This document shows, piece by piece, positions 1-10,900 of a stretch of DNA of 64,000 nt; the first letter of the stretch is position 1, and every line of letters begins with the position of its first letter. The stretch lies in NCBI GenBank assembly GCA_964016885.1, contig OZ024766.1:2790001-2854000 (forward strand), read 5' to 3'. The position numbers and the translations under genes were made by a program. The notes under the pieces were generated by a model, which was given only the letters and a program-made list of their open reading frames with translations, was not told the DNA's origin and did not search any database. This DNA comes from Eledone cirrhosa. Taxonomy: Eukaryota.

Positions 1-760
1 TAAGTTTATATTTGTAAGATGAAGGACATGTCACATTGTCAAGTTAAAAGGTTTGTTTATTTTTCTCTGTTTAAGTTACTGATATAGTTTTTCACCAGTG
101 TCATCGTTTGTGCTTAGTTAAAGATAAGTTACTTCCAAAATATTCCCCACATGTTAAACAATGGTAATATTTCTCTCCAGTGTGGTCTTTTGTGTTTATT
201 CAAGTTACTGTTACTTCCAAAATATTCCCCACATGTTAAACAGTGGTAATATTTCTCTCCAGTGTGGTCTTTTGTGTTTATTCAAGTTACTGTTACTTCC
301 AAAATATTCCCCACATGTTAAACAGTGGTAATATTTCTCTCCAGTGTGGTCTTGTGTGTTTATTCAAATTAGTGTTACTTTCAAAATATTCCCCACATGT
401 TACACAATGGTAATATTTCTCTCCAGTGTGGTCTTGTGTGTTTATTCAAGTTACTGTTACTGCCAAAATATTCCCCACATGTTACACAATGGTAATATTT
501 CTCTCCAGTGTGGTCTTTTGTGTTTATTCAAATTAGTGTTACTTCCAAAATATTCCCCACATCTTAAACAATGGTAATATTTCTCTCCAGTGTGGTCTTT
601 TGTGTTTATTCAAGTTACTGTTACTGCCAAAATATTCCCCACATGTTAAACAGTGGCCTCTCTCCAGTGTGTGTTCTTTGTTTATTTAAATGACTCCTTA
701 CAACAAAAGGGTACCTCTCCAGGGCCTGATAATTTGTAAACCGTTGATCTCTTACCCTGT
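1..760 (-). pseudogene. Decayed C2H2 zinc-finger array containing an 82-bp minisatellite (7 finger cores)
   Basis: tattcccc recurs at 141, 223, 305, 387, 469, 551, 633 (period 82). The minus strand reads TGEKYYHCLTCGEYFGSNSNLNKHKRPH, then a 2-bp deletion in the H-TGEK linker. Flanks give further broken fingers. Confidence 0.85.
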
Positions 761-1459
761 TGCTCAACTTCGTAGAAATAGCAGCCAAATTGCTCTACAT
801 TACTAGGTCAATGGAAGGACACACAAATACATATAGTCATACTTCCTTTCCTTTTATTTTATTTTAACCTCACACCCCTCAATTAGTTTCCAACTTGTTA
901 CCTTGGTAATTCAAACCCACTCTCATTGTATGGCTTTTAAACACACATACCCACTTTTCATTTTCATATTCCACAAGGCTTCAAACTACACCACATATGT
1001 CTGTCCTGTGTGACCCCTATTTTGAATTCATGCAGGATTTTTAAAACTATCATACAATAGACATCACACCGCCAGGTCTGACATACTCTATTTATACACC
1101 TCAGTGTCATTAATCTTTGTCTGTACATGGTACTAGTCTATATTATTCTCTTGTTTTACTATTTCTCTCCTATCTATATCTTATTCCCCTTTGACTAGGC
1201 CATCACACAGTTCTCTCCCTTATTTGTCAGTTGCCACACTTACAATGCCCTTTTCTACTATATCTGTGTAATTCACCTAAAGGTATAACTTGCTCTACCT
1301 GTTTTATTAAATCCTAATGTGCTGTGGAATGTACGGTTTCAACCTTAATGAACCGAAACCTTAGTGATTTCCATAGGTTAGCTGATGAGATAGGACTGTG
1401 TTTTTCTTTTGTTTTTTCCATTGTCTTTGTCTTTGAAAAATATATATATATATATATTT

Positions 1460-1512
1460 CGTCCAAACCCATGCAAGCGTGGAAGATGGACGTTAAACAA
1501 TGATGATGATGA
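1460..1512 (+). mobile_element. 3' tail of an RTE-type LINE/SINE ending in (GAT)n
   Basis: cgtccaaacccatgcaagcgtggaagatggacgttaaacaatgatgatg. Similar copies at ~18352-18419 and ~31106-31153. Family assignment is from recollection, not a search. Confidence 0.5.
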
Positions 1513-1795
1513 TATAAATGTATGTGTATGTGTAAAATTAAAAACCATACGTGGGTGAGAACACAGAGGTTACAAACACAAGAACAATTCCCGCTCATCA
1601 GCTGTCTTCTGTGGATCACTACAGTCTTGAATGCATTAAATCTTGTATTAAAAATACGATATCAAATTATCTCACCAATGTAAGATATAGTTATAGTGTT
1701 TGATGGTTGTTATTACAGTGTAATATCTTCTTTCATATGTAGATATATTTATGGTTAAAAAGACAAGTTTCATACAATGATTTTTGACACTGATA

Positions 1796-2578
1796 CTATT
1801 TCACTTCTGTATGAACAGATACATGTCTAGTTAATCTACTTTTTTGAGAGAATGATTCACCACAGATATCACAGTGATGAGGTTTCTCTCCTGTATGTAT
1901 ATATTTGTGTCTACTTAAGCTACTTGACTCTGAAAATGATTTACCACAGATACCACAGTGATAAGGTTTCTCTCCTGTATGACTACGTTTGTGTTTGGTT
2001 ACGTCACTTGTATGAGAGAATGATTTACCACAGATATCACAGTGATGAGGTTTCTCTCCTGTATGACTACGTTTGTGTCTAGTGACATCACTTGTATGAG
2101 AGAATGATTTACCACAGATATCACAGTGATAAGGTTTCTCTCCTGTATGACTACGTTTGTGTATAGTTAAATGAGTTGTTCGAGAGAATGATTTACCACA
2201 GATATCACAGGGGTAAGGTTTCTCTCCTGTATGACTACGCTTGTGTTTGGTTACGTCACTTGTACGAGAGAATGATTTACCACAGATATCACACTGATGA
2301 GGTTTCTCTCCTGTATGAATATATTTGTGTCTAGATAAGCTACTTGAAAGTGAAAATGATTTACCACAGATATCACAGTGATGAGGTTTCTCTCCTGTAT
2401 GACTATGTTTGTGCATATTTAAATGACCTAACTGAGAGAATGATTTACCACAGATATCACAGGGATAAGGTTTCTCTGCTTTATGACTACATTTGTGTCT
2501 AGTTACACCACTTATACAGGAGAATGATTTACCACAGATATCACAGCAGTATGATGATTTTCCTTCCTCTTCTGACAT
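1796..2578 (-). CDS. C2H2 zinc-finger protein (gene 1), 9 fingers
   Basis: Intact ORF of CxxC-x12-HxxxH repeats with TGEKP linkers. First ATG (MSEEEGKSS) at 2578; the track start at 2599 is TTG. Polypyrimidine/TTTCAG acceptor at 2997-2998. Confidence 0.9.
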   Translation of the reverse strand: MSEEEGKSSYCCDICGKSFSCISGVTRHKCSHKAEKPYPCDICGKSFSQLGHLNMHKHSHTGEKPHHCDICGKSFSLSSSLSRHKYIHTGEKPHQCDICGKSFSRTSDVTKHKRSHTGEKPYPCDICGKSFSRTTHLTIHKRSHTGEKPYHCDICGKSFSHTSDVTRHKRSHTGEKPHHCDICGKSFSHTSDVTKHKRSHTGEKPYHCGICGKSFSESSSLSRHKYIHTGEKPHHCDICGESFSQKSRLTRHVSVHTEVK

Positions 2579-3139
2579 CTCTTCAGGAAAAAATATCAAT
2601 CTTTTAAGTCTCTTCCTAGAATTTTTTCTCTCAACACAATATATTGATATTTTTGCTTGGTTTTGTTTTTACAGTTTATTCCCAATAAATATTTCCTCTG
2701 TTAAATCTCCATCAGCTCTGCTCTTTGTTGATATCTGAATATGATGCAAATTCCTTTGTAAATTTTTGCAACTTTACTAAGAATGCAGAATCTTCTTGTA
2801 CATTTTCCAGATAGGAAGAAGAGAAATCTTTCCATCAACCTCAGTTTAGAAGAAATATTTCACTGTAATTCACCAAATGTTGATATAAAAACACTTATAT
2901 AAACACTGTGTGAAATCTTGTGTTAGTCTTTTAAACAATGATATTGATGTTGTATCTGAAGTTAAAATTTCTCTTCTGTCAATGTCATGTGATATTCTGA
3001 AATAACAGAGAAACAAAATAAGATATAGAGGAGAGGATATTAAAATGTTGTGATTCAACAATGGAAATTTTACCTTTCTTTAATGATAAATAGTCAACAT
3101 CATCATCGTTTAACATCCATCTTCCACACTAGTGTAAAA

Positions 3140-3314
3140 TTTATATAATGAAAATAAAAATGATACACACACGTATATATACACACATATATAAACACAC
3201 GCATTTATATATAAATATACATACACAACATATATGTGTATATATATATATATGTGTATACACATGTGTGTATATATATATGTATATGTGTATATATATG
3301 TGCATGTGCATGTG

Positions 3315-3346
<32 letters not shown>

Positions 3347-3356
3347 TATATACGTG

Positions 3357-3388
<32 letters not shown>

Positions 3389-3420
3389 TTTATATATATA
3401 TACGTGTATATATATATATC
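3140..3420. repeat. Compound (TA)n/(CA)n/(TG)n microsatellite
   Basis: Directly visible; source of the spurious YIYI ORFs. Confidence 0.95.
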
Positions 3421-3611
3421 ATCATTTCATTTCATTTTACGTCCGCTTCTTCCCTGCTTGCAAGGGTGGGACGGGAACTGATTATGGCTTGATTTCTACA
3501 GCTGGATGCCCTTCCTAACACCAACCTCATTTACAGTGAGTGCTGGGTGCTTTTTTGCCGTGGCACCTCCACGACCACTTTACAGTGGAATGATAGGGAC
3601 CCCAGTCCCTA

Positions 3612-3758
3612 TCATCTCATTTCTACAGCTGAGTAAACTGGAGCAATGTGAAATAAAGTGTCTTGCTCAAGGAAACAACACATCACCCGGTCTGAGAATT
3701 GAACTCACAACCTTTCGATTGCAAGGCCAATGCTCTAACCACTAAGCCATATGCCTCC
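3612..3758 (-). mobile_element. tRNA-derived SINE with CORE/V-like central domain
   Basis: Minus strand has A box TGGCTTAGTGG, B box GAGTTCAATTC, then tttccttgagcaagacactttatttcacattgctccag. Confidence 0.75.
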
Positions 3759-4134
3759 ATGTATATATACACATATACATTCATATATATACACATGCAT
3801 ATATGTTGTGTGAGTATATATATACACACACACATACGTGTGCATGCGTATACATGTAATATGTATACATTGCCACTGGTAAAGGAAGTATTGTTTTTCT
3901 TCTGCACCATGCAAAACATTAAGTCAAAGCTATGTACATGAAGATATTGGTATTTACTGAAGTTATCTATCAAATATACATAAATGCTGTTGGTCAGACA
4001 TACTGTCTAAAGACTCTAAATTATTGTCTACACATGGTTTTAGTAGTTAAGTTATGGATGGACAGTAATGTACTTTCACCAACTGCTATGTTATATGATA
4101 TTATCTGTGGATTTGTTTGCAATTTTGTAGTTGA

Positions 4135-5975
4135 TTCCCTCAATGACACACTACAACAGGGAATGTGGGTGAGGCCCTAATATTTCTTGAGGCCAGTTAC
4201 AGCATTATGTCATGGGATAGAGGGTCCCTCAATTACACACTACAACAGGGAATGTGGGTGTTGCCCTCTAAATATTTCTTGAGGCCAGTTACAGCATTAT
4301 GTCATGGGACAGAGGGTCCCTCAATTACACACTACAACAGGGAATGTGGGTGAGGCACTCTAAATATTTCTTGAGGCCAGTTACAGCATTATGTCATGGG
4401 ATAGAGGGTCCCTCAATTACACACTACAACAGGGAATGTGGGTGAGGCACTCTAAATATTTCTTGAGGCCAGTTACAGCATTATGTCATGGGATAGAGGG
4501 TCCCTCAATTACACACTACAACAGGGAATGTGGGTGTTGCCCTCAAAATATTTCTTGAGGCCAGTTACAGCATTATGTCATGGGATAGAGGGTCCCTCAA
4601 TTACACACTACAACAGGGAATGTGGGTGAGGCACTCTAAATATTTCTTGAGGCCAGTTACAGCATTATGTCATGGGATAGAGGGTCCCTCAATTACACAC
4701 TACAACAGGGAATGTGGGTGTTGCCCTCAAAATATTTCTTGAGGCCAGTTACAGCATTATGTCATGGGATAGAGGGTCCCTCAATTACACACTACAACAG
4801 GGAATGTGGGTGAGGCACTCTAAATATTTCTTGAGGCCAGTTACAGCATTATGTCATGGGATAGAGGGTCCCTCAATTACACACTACAACAGGGAATGTG
4901 GGTGTTGCCCTCAAAATATTTCTTGAGGCCAGTTACAGCATTATGTCATGGGATAGAGGGTCCCTCAATTACACACTACAACAGGGAATGTGGGTGAGGC
5001 ACTCTAAATATTTCTTGAGGCCAGTTACAGCATTATGTCATGGGATAGAGGGTCCCTCAATTACACACTACAACAGGGAATGTGGGTGTTGCCCTCAAAA
5101 TATTTCTTGAGGCCAGTTACAGCATTATGTCATGGGATAGAGGGTCCCTCAATTACACACTACAACAGGGAATGTGGGTGAGGCACTCTAAATATTTCTT
5201 GAGGCCAGTTACAGCATTATGTCATGGGATAGAGGGTCCCTCAATTATACACTGGAACAAGGAATGTGGGTGTTGCCCTCTAAATATTTCTTGAGGCCAG
5301 TTACAGCATTATGTCATGGGATAGAGGGTCCCTCAATTACACACTACAATAGGGAATGTGGGTGTTTCCCTCTAAATATTTCTTGAGGCCAGTTACAGCA
5401 TTATGTCATGGGATAGAGGGTCCCTCAATTACACACTACAACAGGGAATGTGGGTGTTGCCCTCTAAATATTTCTTGAGGCCAGTTACAGCATTATGTCA
5501 TGGGATAGAGGGTCCCTCAATTACACACTACAACAGGGAATGTGGGTATTGCCCTCTAAATATTTCTTGGGGCCAGTTACAGCATTATGTCATGGGATAG
5601 AGGGTCCCTCAATTATACACTGGAACAAGGAATGTGGGTGTTGCCCTCTAAATATTTCTTGAGGCCAGTTACAGCATTATGTCATGGGATAGAGGGTCCC
5701 TCAATTACACACTACAATAGGGAATGTGGGTGTTTCCCTCTAAATATTTCTTGAGGCCAGTTACAGCATTATGTCATGGGATAGAGGGTCCCTCAATTAC
5801 ACACTACAACAGAGAATGTGGGTGTTACCCTCTAAATATTTCTTGAGGCCAGTTACAGCATTATGTCATGGGATAGAGGGTCCCTCAATTACACACTATA
5901 ACAGGGAATGTGGGTGTTGCCCTCTAAATATTTCTTGAGGTCAGTTACAGCATTAAGTCAGGTATAGAGCGTCCC
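4135..5975. repeat. 92-bp tandem repeat (VNTR), ~20 copies with higher-order structure
   Basis: Unit agggtccctcaattacacactacaacagggaatgtgggtg...catgggatag. Near-identical ORFs recur every 184 bp (4530, 4714, 4898, 5082). Confidence 0.95.
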
Positions 5976-6180
5976 TTCACCCTTTAGCATTCACATTACT
6001 CTATATATACTATTATATTTTCATGGTAAATGCTTTATCTCACATAATATCGAATCTATGAGATTTTGAAAGTATTTATTTTGAGAACAATACAGTAACA
6101 TCAGTTTGAGCAACCAGTTACAGCCAGTTTCAATAGAAAGAAGTAGAGAATTCTGGCCAGTTTGAACATTAAAGGGTTAA
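5976..6180. mobile_element. piggyBac-type MITE (~200 bp)
   Basis: Ends TTCA-CCCTTTAGCATTCA ... TGAACATTAAAGGG-TTAA; the left TTAA is mutated in this copy. Confidence 0.75.
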
Positions 6181-6349
6181 CTATACACTACAACAGGGAA
6201 TGTGGGTGTTGCCAAAAAATAAATTTAAGAAGACAACTATCAGACATGAGAATGACTTTAATCCCATTTAAAAATAAAATAAAAAAAAATGGAAAGCAAT
6301 ATTTAGAAGCTGTAGAAATACTAAGGGTTTCCTTGTGATGTTAGTTGAC

Positions 6350-6640
6350 AATAAGTTTATATTTGTAAGATGAAGGACATGTCACATTGTCAAGTTAAAA
6401 GGTTTGTTTATTTTTCTGTTTAAGTTACTGATATAGTTTTTCACCAGTGTCATCTTTTGTGCTTAGTTAAAGATAAGTTACTGCCAAAATATTCCCCACA
6501 TGTTAAACAGTGGCTTCTCTCCAGTGTGTGTTCTTTGTTTATTTAAATGACTCCTTACAACAAAAGATTTTCTATGTTTCACAACGAAAGGGTTTCTCTC
6601 CAGAGCCTGATAATTTGTAAACCGTTAAGTGATCTCTTAT
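6350..6640 (-). pseudogene. Decayed zinc-finger remnant (1 copy of the 82-bp core)
   Basis: Homologous to 1-760. Confidence 0.7.
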
Positions 6641-7287
6641 CCTGTTGCTCAACTTTGTAGAAATAGCAGCCAAATTGCTCTACATTACTAGGTCAATGGA
6701 AGGACACACAGACACATATATAGTCATATTTCCTTTTAACCTCACCTCCCTCAATTAGATTCCAACTTGTTACCTTGGTAATTCAAACCCACTCTCATTG
6801 TATGGCTATTAAACACACATACCTACTTTTCATTTTCATATTCCACAAGGCTTCAAACTACCACACCACATATATATCTGTCCTGTGTGACCCCTATTTT
6901 GAATTCATGCAGGATGTTTAAACTATCATATAATAGACATCACACCGCCTGGTCTGACATCCTCTATTCTCCCTTCTCACCTTTTCTACACCTCATGTAT
7001 AGTTAAGGCTATAACATCAATAAAAAGAGACATGCAAAGAAAAATTGCCATCAGAGAAACCTCCAAGAGTCTCATCTGCTCCATTTTTAAAAATAATTAG
7101 TGGTTTCTGACAGATTTTGAGGTCAGATTTGTCGAGAACATGGAGATAAAACTTGGGTTGAAAATAAACAATTTCCCTTCGAACGACTGAGGGGTTAGGG
7201 TTATAATACAAGGTTGTGAACAACATGATTTATTAGACTGAGGTTATTTAAATAATTAAGACAGACATGACAAGGTATTAGTATAGA

Positions 7288-7475
7288 AGATTGGCAGTAT
7301 CAGTAGAGCGTTAGACGCAGTGCTTTACACCATAGAGTTATGTCCCTTTACGGTCTGAGTTCAAATCCCGCCGAGGTTAACTTTGCCTTTCATCTTTGCA
7401 GGGTCGATAAAATAAAGTACCAGTAATACACAGGGGTTGTGCTGGCCTTGTGCCAAAAGTAGATACAATTATTAT
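7288..7475 (+). mobile_element. tRNA-derived SINE (intronic copy)
   Basis: A-box-like TGGCAGTATCAGT, B box GAGTTCAAATC, central gcctttcatc...gggtcgataaaataaagtaccag domain, (ATT)n tail. Confidence 0.8.
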
Positions 7476-7504
7476 AGAAGTATACCCTGCTTTGATATCA
7501 GTAG

Positions 7505-7960
7505 GGGAAAACATTTTCACTGTTTCCTTTTTTCGTGTGCTATCAACCAATCTGACCTCCAAGGGGCTCGCAATTGACATTTGTCCAGCAAGATTGAAAT
7601 GTTGGGAAGGGCTCCCACCAGCTTCTCGGAGTTTACCCAACCATTTTTCTTTCCAAGTGTTATTAACGAATCTCACCTCCCAACAAGTAGGAAATGACTA
7701 GATTTATAGAAAAACTAGGGTGAAAGGGAGTGAAAAGACGATCGGAGGTTCACAGATCTACACCCACCTCGCCTTTCGTGGGGAAAAATTACCTTTTTTT
7801 ATTTTGTGCTGTCAACTAATCTGACCCCCAAGGTGCTCCCAATCATCTTTTTCTCCCGGATTAGGGTTTCTGTTCTCCAGATAGAAATCGATTGTGAGAA
7901 TCTTGGAAGTTAGATTAGTTGATAGCACACGAAATAACCGAGGAAAGAAATTATTTTCGC
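7505..7960. mobile_element. Foldback/MITE-like element with ~60-70 bp imperfect inverted arms and internal motif repeats
   Basis: tttcgtgtgctatcaaccaatctgacctccaag (~7531) is inverted at ~7902-7934. The peptide FRVLSTNLTSK appears on both strands in the ORF track. Present in every unit's intron; left arm deleted in unit 7. Confidence 0.6.
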
Positions 7961-8304
7961 ACTGAAATGGAGGGTTGTGCTGTATAAATTGACCTAAACT
8001 ACACATTATAATACAAGGTAGTGAACAACATGATTAAATAGACGGAGGTAATTTAAATAATAAAGACACTTATAATAACAATATATTTTATATCACATGT
8101 AACAGTAGTATCTAGCTATTGTAAAATAAGATAACATTTCAGTCTAGAAGTATTTTCCTGTATATAAAAGTGACGAGGAAGAAATATGTCCAAAGTTGTT
8201 AAATATTTTCACTTGTATATAATTACTGTATCGTTGAAAGGTTCACGTAATTCTATTATTTACACACATTATTATAGACTTCAAGTAAATCTTTCTCAAC
8301 TTAC

Positions 8305-8480
8305 CCTCTTCACATGTAATCAATGTGTTGTCTTCTTATATTTTATTAAACAAAGAAATAATCTCCTTGTTGTTGTTGAATAAGAATTTCCAAAGATTTC
8401 ATCAGCTTTTCTTTGTCCGCCATTAACGTTGGTGTATCTTCTTAATCTTTAGCCACAGATTCGTATCTTGTCACAATGAA
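8305..8480 (-). promoter_or_regulatory. Putative non-coding exon 1/promoter (YY1-like AATGGCGG, uORF 8346-8423, GTAAGT donor at 8304)
   Basis: Minus strand GAGG|GTAAGT donor, conserved in all 8 copies. The 5' boundary is approximate. Confidence 0.65.
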
Positions 8481-8512
8481 GCTGTTAAGCTAGCTTTCTT
8501 TCTTTCTCCCTC

Positions 8513-8693
8513 AGTGAATTGGCAGTATCGGTAGAGGGTCTGACATGCTTTCCAGCATAGCCAAGTCCCTTTACGATCTGAGTTCAAATCCCGCCGAGGT
8601 TAACTTTGCCTTTCATCCTTATGGGGTCGATAAAATAAAGTACCAGTAATACACTGGTGAATTGCTGGCCTTGTGCCAAAACTAGAAACAATT
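8513..8693 (+). mobile_element. tRNA-derived SINE, present only in this unit
   Basis: Same family as 7288. Paralogous units read ccctca|ttatttgtat with no insert (e.g. ~15500). Confidence 0.8.
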
Positions 8694-8751
8694 ATTTGTA
8701 TACTTGAATATATATATATATTTGTCTACTTGATTATATATATATATATAT

Positions 8752-9130
8752 ATCATCATCATCATCGTCGTTTAACGTACATTCTCCCATGTTAACATGG
8801 GTTATACGAGCTGTCCCGTTTTGTGGCAAGTCAGATCAGATGACCGTCTCTTGTTTATACACAACTATCTCTAGGTTGGTTTCTACGGCTAGATACCCAT
8901 CCAAACGCCAACCATGTTTACAGTGTGGAGTTGCTCTTTTCTAAGCAACAAAATGATCACTATACAGAGTAGACAGGCCACTTTTTCTTATGTCACCAAC
9001 ACCACCACCACTTTACAGGGTGGACTGGATGCATTTGTCATGTCACCAACACTTTAGCGTGTAGACTGGGCACTTTTCATCATGTCACCAACACCAGCAC
9101 TTTACAGGGTTGACTGAGAGCTTCAGTCAT
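8752..9130 (-). mobile_element. RTE-type LINE/SINE 3' region with ~44-bp internal repeats
   Basis: (CAT)n tail plus gtttaacgt, then three atgtcaccaacac...ctttacagggt repeats. Recurs upstream of exon 1 in units 1-6. Confidence 0.5.
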
Positions 9131-9734
9131 TTCAGCAGCATTGTGGGAGAGTGTTTATCTTCCCATGTTTGTATACATTGGTTGGTCTAGAGAGGTGCCT
9201 CAGATGTGTAAAGCGTGGTTGCATGTCTGTTGGGTGGGTACTTAGCTGGTGAAGGGTGGAGTGTTAAGTCGTGGGTGAAAGATGGAGTGTTAAGATATGG
9301 GAGGTGTATGGAAGTGGGTGGCCATACTAGTAAGCTCTAGATATTGCTTCCTCTAATGCACATGGAAAGGCAGGTCTTCTGAAGTACAGCATAATGCCAG
9401 AGATTTCAATCCTATGTCATACACATCACACATCCATACCACTACAATCTCTTCTCCTGTACATTGCATCTGACCACTCATATGTCCAGTTTCTCTCTCA
9501 GTTCAATTACACTTTGCCATTCATACATAATACTATTACACATCCATCGGAGCAAGTTGAAATGACTGACTTGACAAATTCCTCAAATATAAATCTTTTA
9601 TTGACAAAACAGGGATTGAAATTTAAGACATTAATACAATTTATAGAATGGTTTATGAAAAACAAATAAATGATTTCAAAAAGAAACAAATACAAAGAGA
9701 AAAAGAAAAAGAGGAAAAGATTCACATAATCCTT

Positions 9735-9985
9735 CAATTATACACTACAGGGAATGTGGGTGTTGGCCTCTAAATATATCCTGAGGTCAGGGATAGAGGG
9801 TCCCTCAATTATACTCTACAACAGGGACTGTGTGTTGCCCTCTAAATATTTCTTGAGGCCAGTTACAGCATTATGTCATAGGATAGAGGGTCCCTTAATT
9901 ATACACTAAAGCAGGGAATGTGGGTGTTGCCCTCTAAATAATTCTTGAGGTCAGTTACACCACTAAGTTAGGGATAAAGGGCCCC
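9735..9985. repeat. 92-bp VNTR, ~3 partly truncated copies
   Basis: Same unit as 4135-5975. Confidence 0.85.
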
Positions 9986-10190
9986 TTAACCCTTTAGCAT
10001 TCACATTACTCTATATATACTATTATATTTTCATGGTAAAGGCTTTATCTCACATAATATCGAATCAATGAGATTTTGAAAGTATTTATTTTGAGAACAA
10101 TACCTTAACATCAGTTTGAGCGACCAGTTACAGCCAGTTTCAACAGAATGAGGTAGAGAATTCTGGCCGGTTTGAACATTAAAGGGTTAA
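9986..10190. mobile_element. piggyBac-type MITE with TTAA target-site duplication
   Basis: TTAA CCCTTTAGCATTCA ... TGAACATTAAAGGG TTAA. Confidence 0.85.
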
Positions 10191-10369
10191 CTATACACTA
10201 CAACAGGGAATGTGGGTGTTGCCAAAAAATAAATTTAAGAAGACAACTATCAGACATGAGAATAACTTTAATCCCATTTAAAAATAAAATAAAAAAAATG
10301 GAAAGCAATATTTAGCAAGCTATAGAAATACTAAGGGTTTCCTTGTGATGTTAGTTGACAATAAGTTTA

Positions 10370-10900
10370 TATTTGTAAGATGAAGGACATGTCACATTGT
10401 CAAGTTAAAAGGTTTGTTTATTTTTCTCTGTTTAAGTTACTGATATAGTTTTTCACCAGTGTCATCGTTTGTGCTTAGTTAAAGATAAGTTACTTCCAAA
10501 ATATTCCCCACATGTTAAACAATGGTAATATTTCTCTCCAGTGTGGTCTTTTGTGTTTATTCAAGTTACTGTTACTTCCAAAATATTCCCCACATGTTAA
10601 ACAGTGGTAATATTTCTCTCCAGTGTGGTCTTTTGTGTTTATTCAAGTTACTGTTACTTCCAAAATATTCCCCACATGTTAAACAGTGGTAATATTTCTC
10701 TCCAGTGTGGTCTTTTGTGTTTATTCAAGTTAGTTACTGCCGAAATATTCCCCACATGTTAAACAGTGGCCTCTCTCCAGTGTGTGTTCTTTGTTTATTT
10801 AAATGACTCCTTACAACAAAAGATTTTCTATGTTTCACAACGAAAGGGTTTCTCTCCAGAGCCTGATAATTTGTAAACCGTTAAGTGATCTCTTATCCTG
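10370..10900 (-). pseudogene. Decayed zinc-finger remnant with 4 copies of the 82-bp core
   Basis: tattcccc at ~10502, 10584, 10666, 10746. Confidence 0.8.

Noticed and set aside
1335-1400. Hammerhead-ribozyme-like motifs (GAAACCT...AGGT...CTGATGA) in the 3' block
   Set aside because: Only ~2 nt separate the putative cleavage site from CUGAUGA, so stem I cannot form. CTGATGA within the genes is just antisense PHQ codons.
4135-5975. CRISPR-like array
   Set aside because: Whole 92-bp units repeat with no unique spacers, there are no cas genes, and the context is eukaryotic.
7288-7380. tRNA genes
   Set aside because: The A/B boxes belong to SINE heads followed by SINE body and tail; there is no intact cloverleaf.
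7377-8383. Recurrent 60-100 aa ORFs in each unit (MRFVNN..., MCSLGQ..., MSKVVK...)
   Set aside because: They recur only because the units are recent duplicates. They overlap SINE, foldback or antisense exon 1 sequence and show no domain signal.
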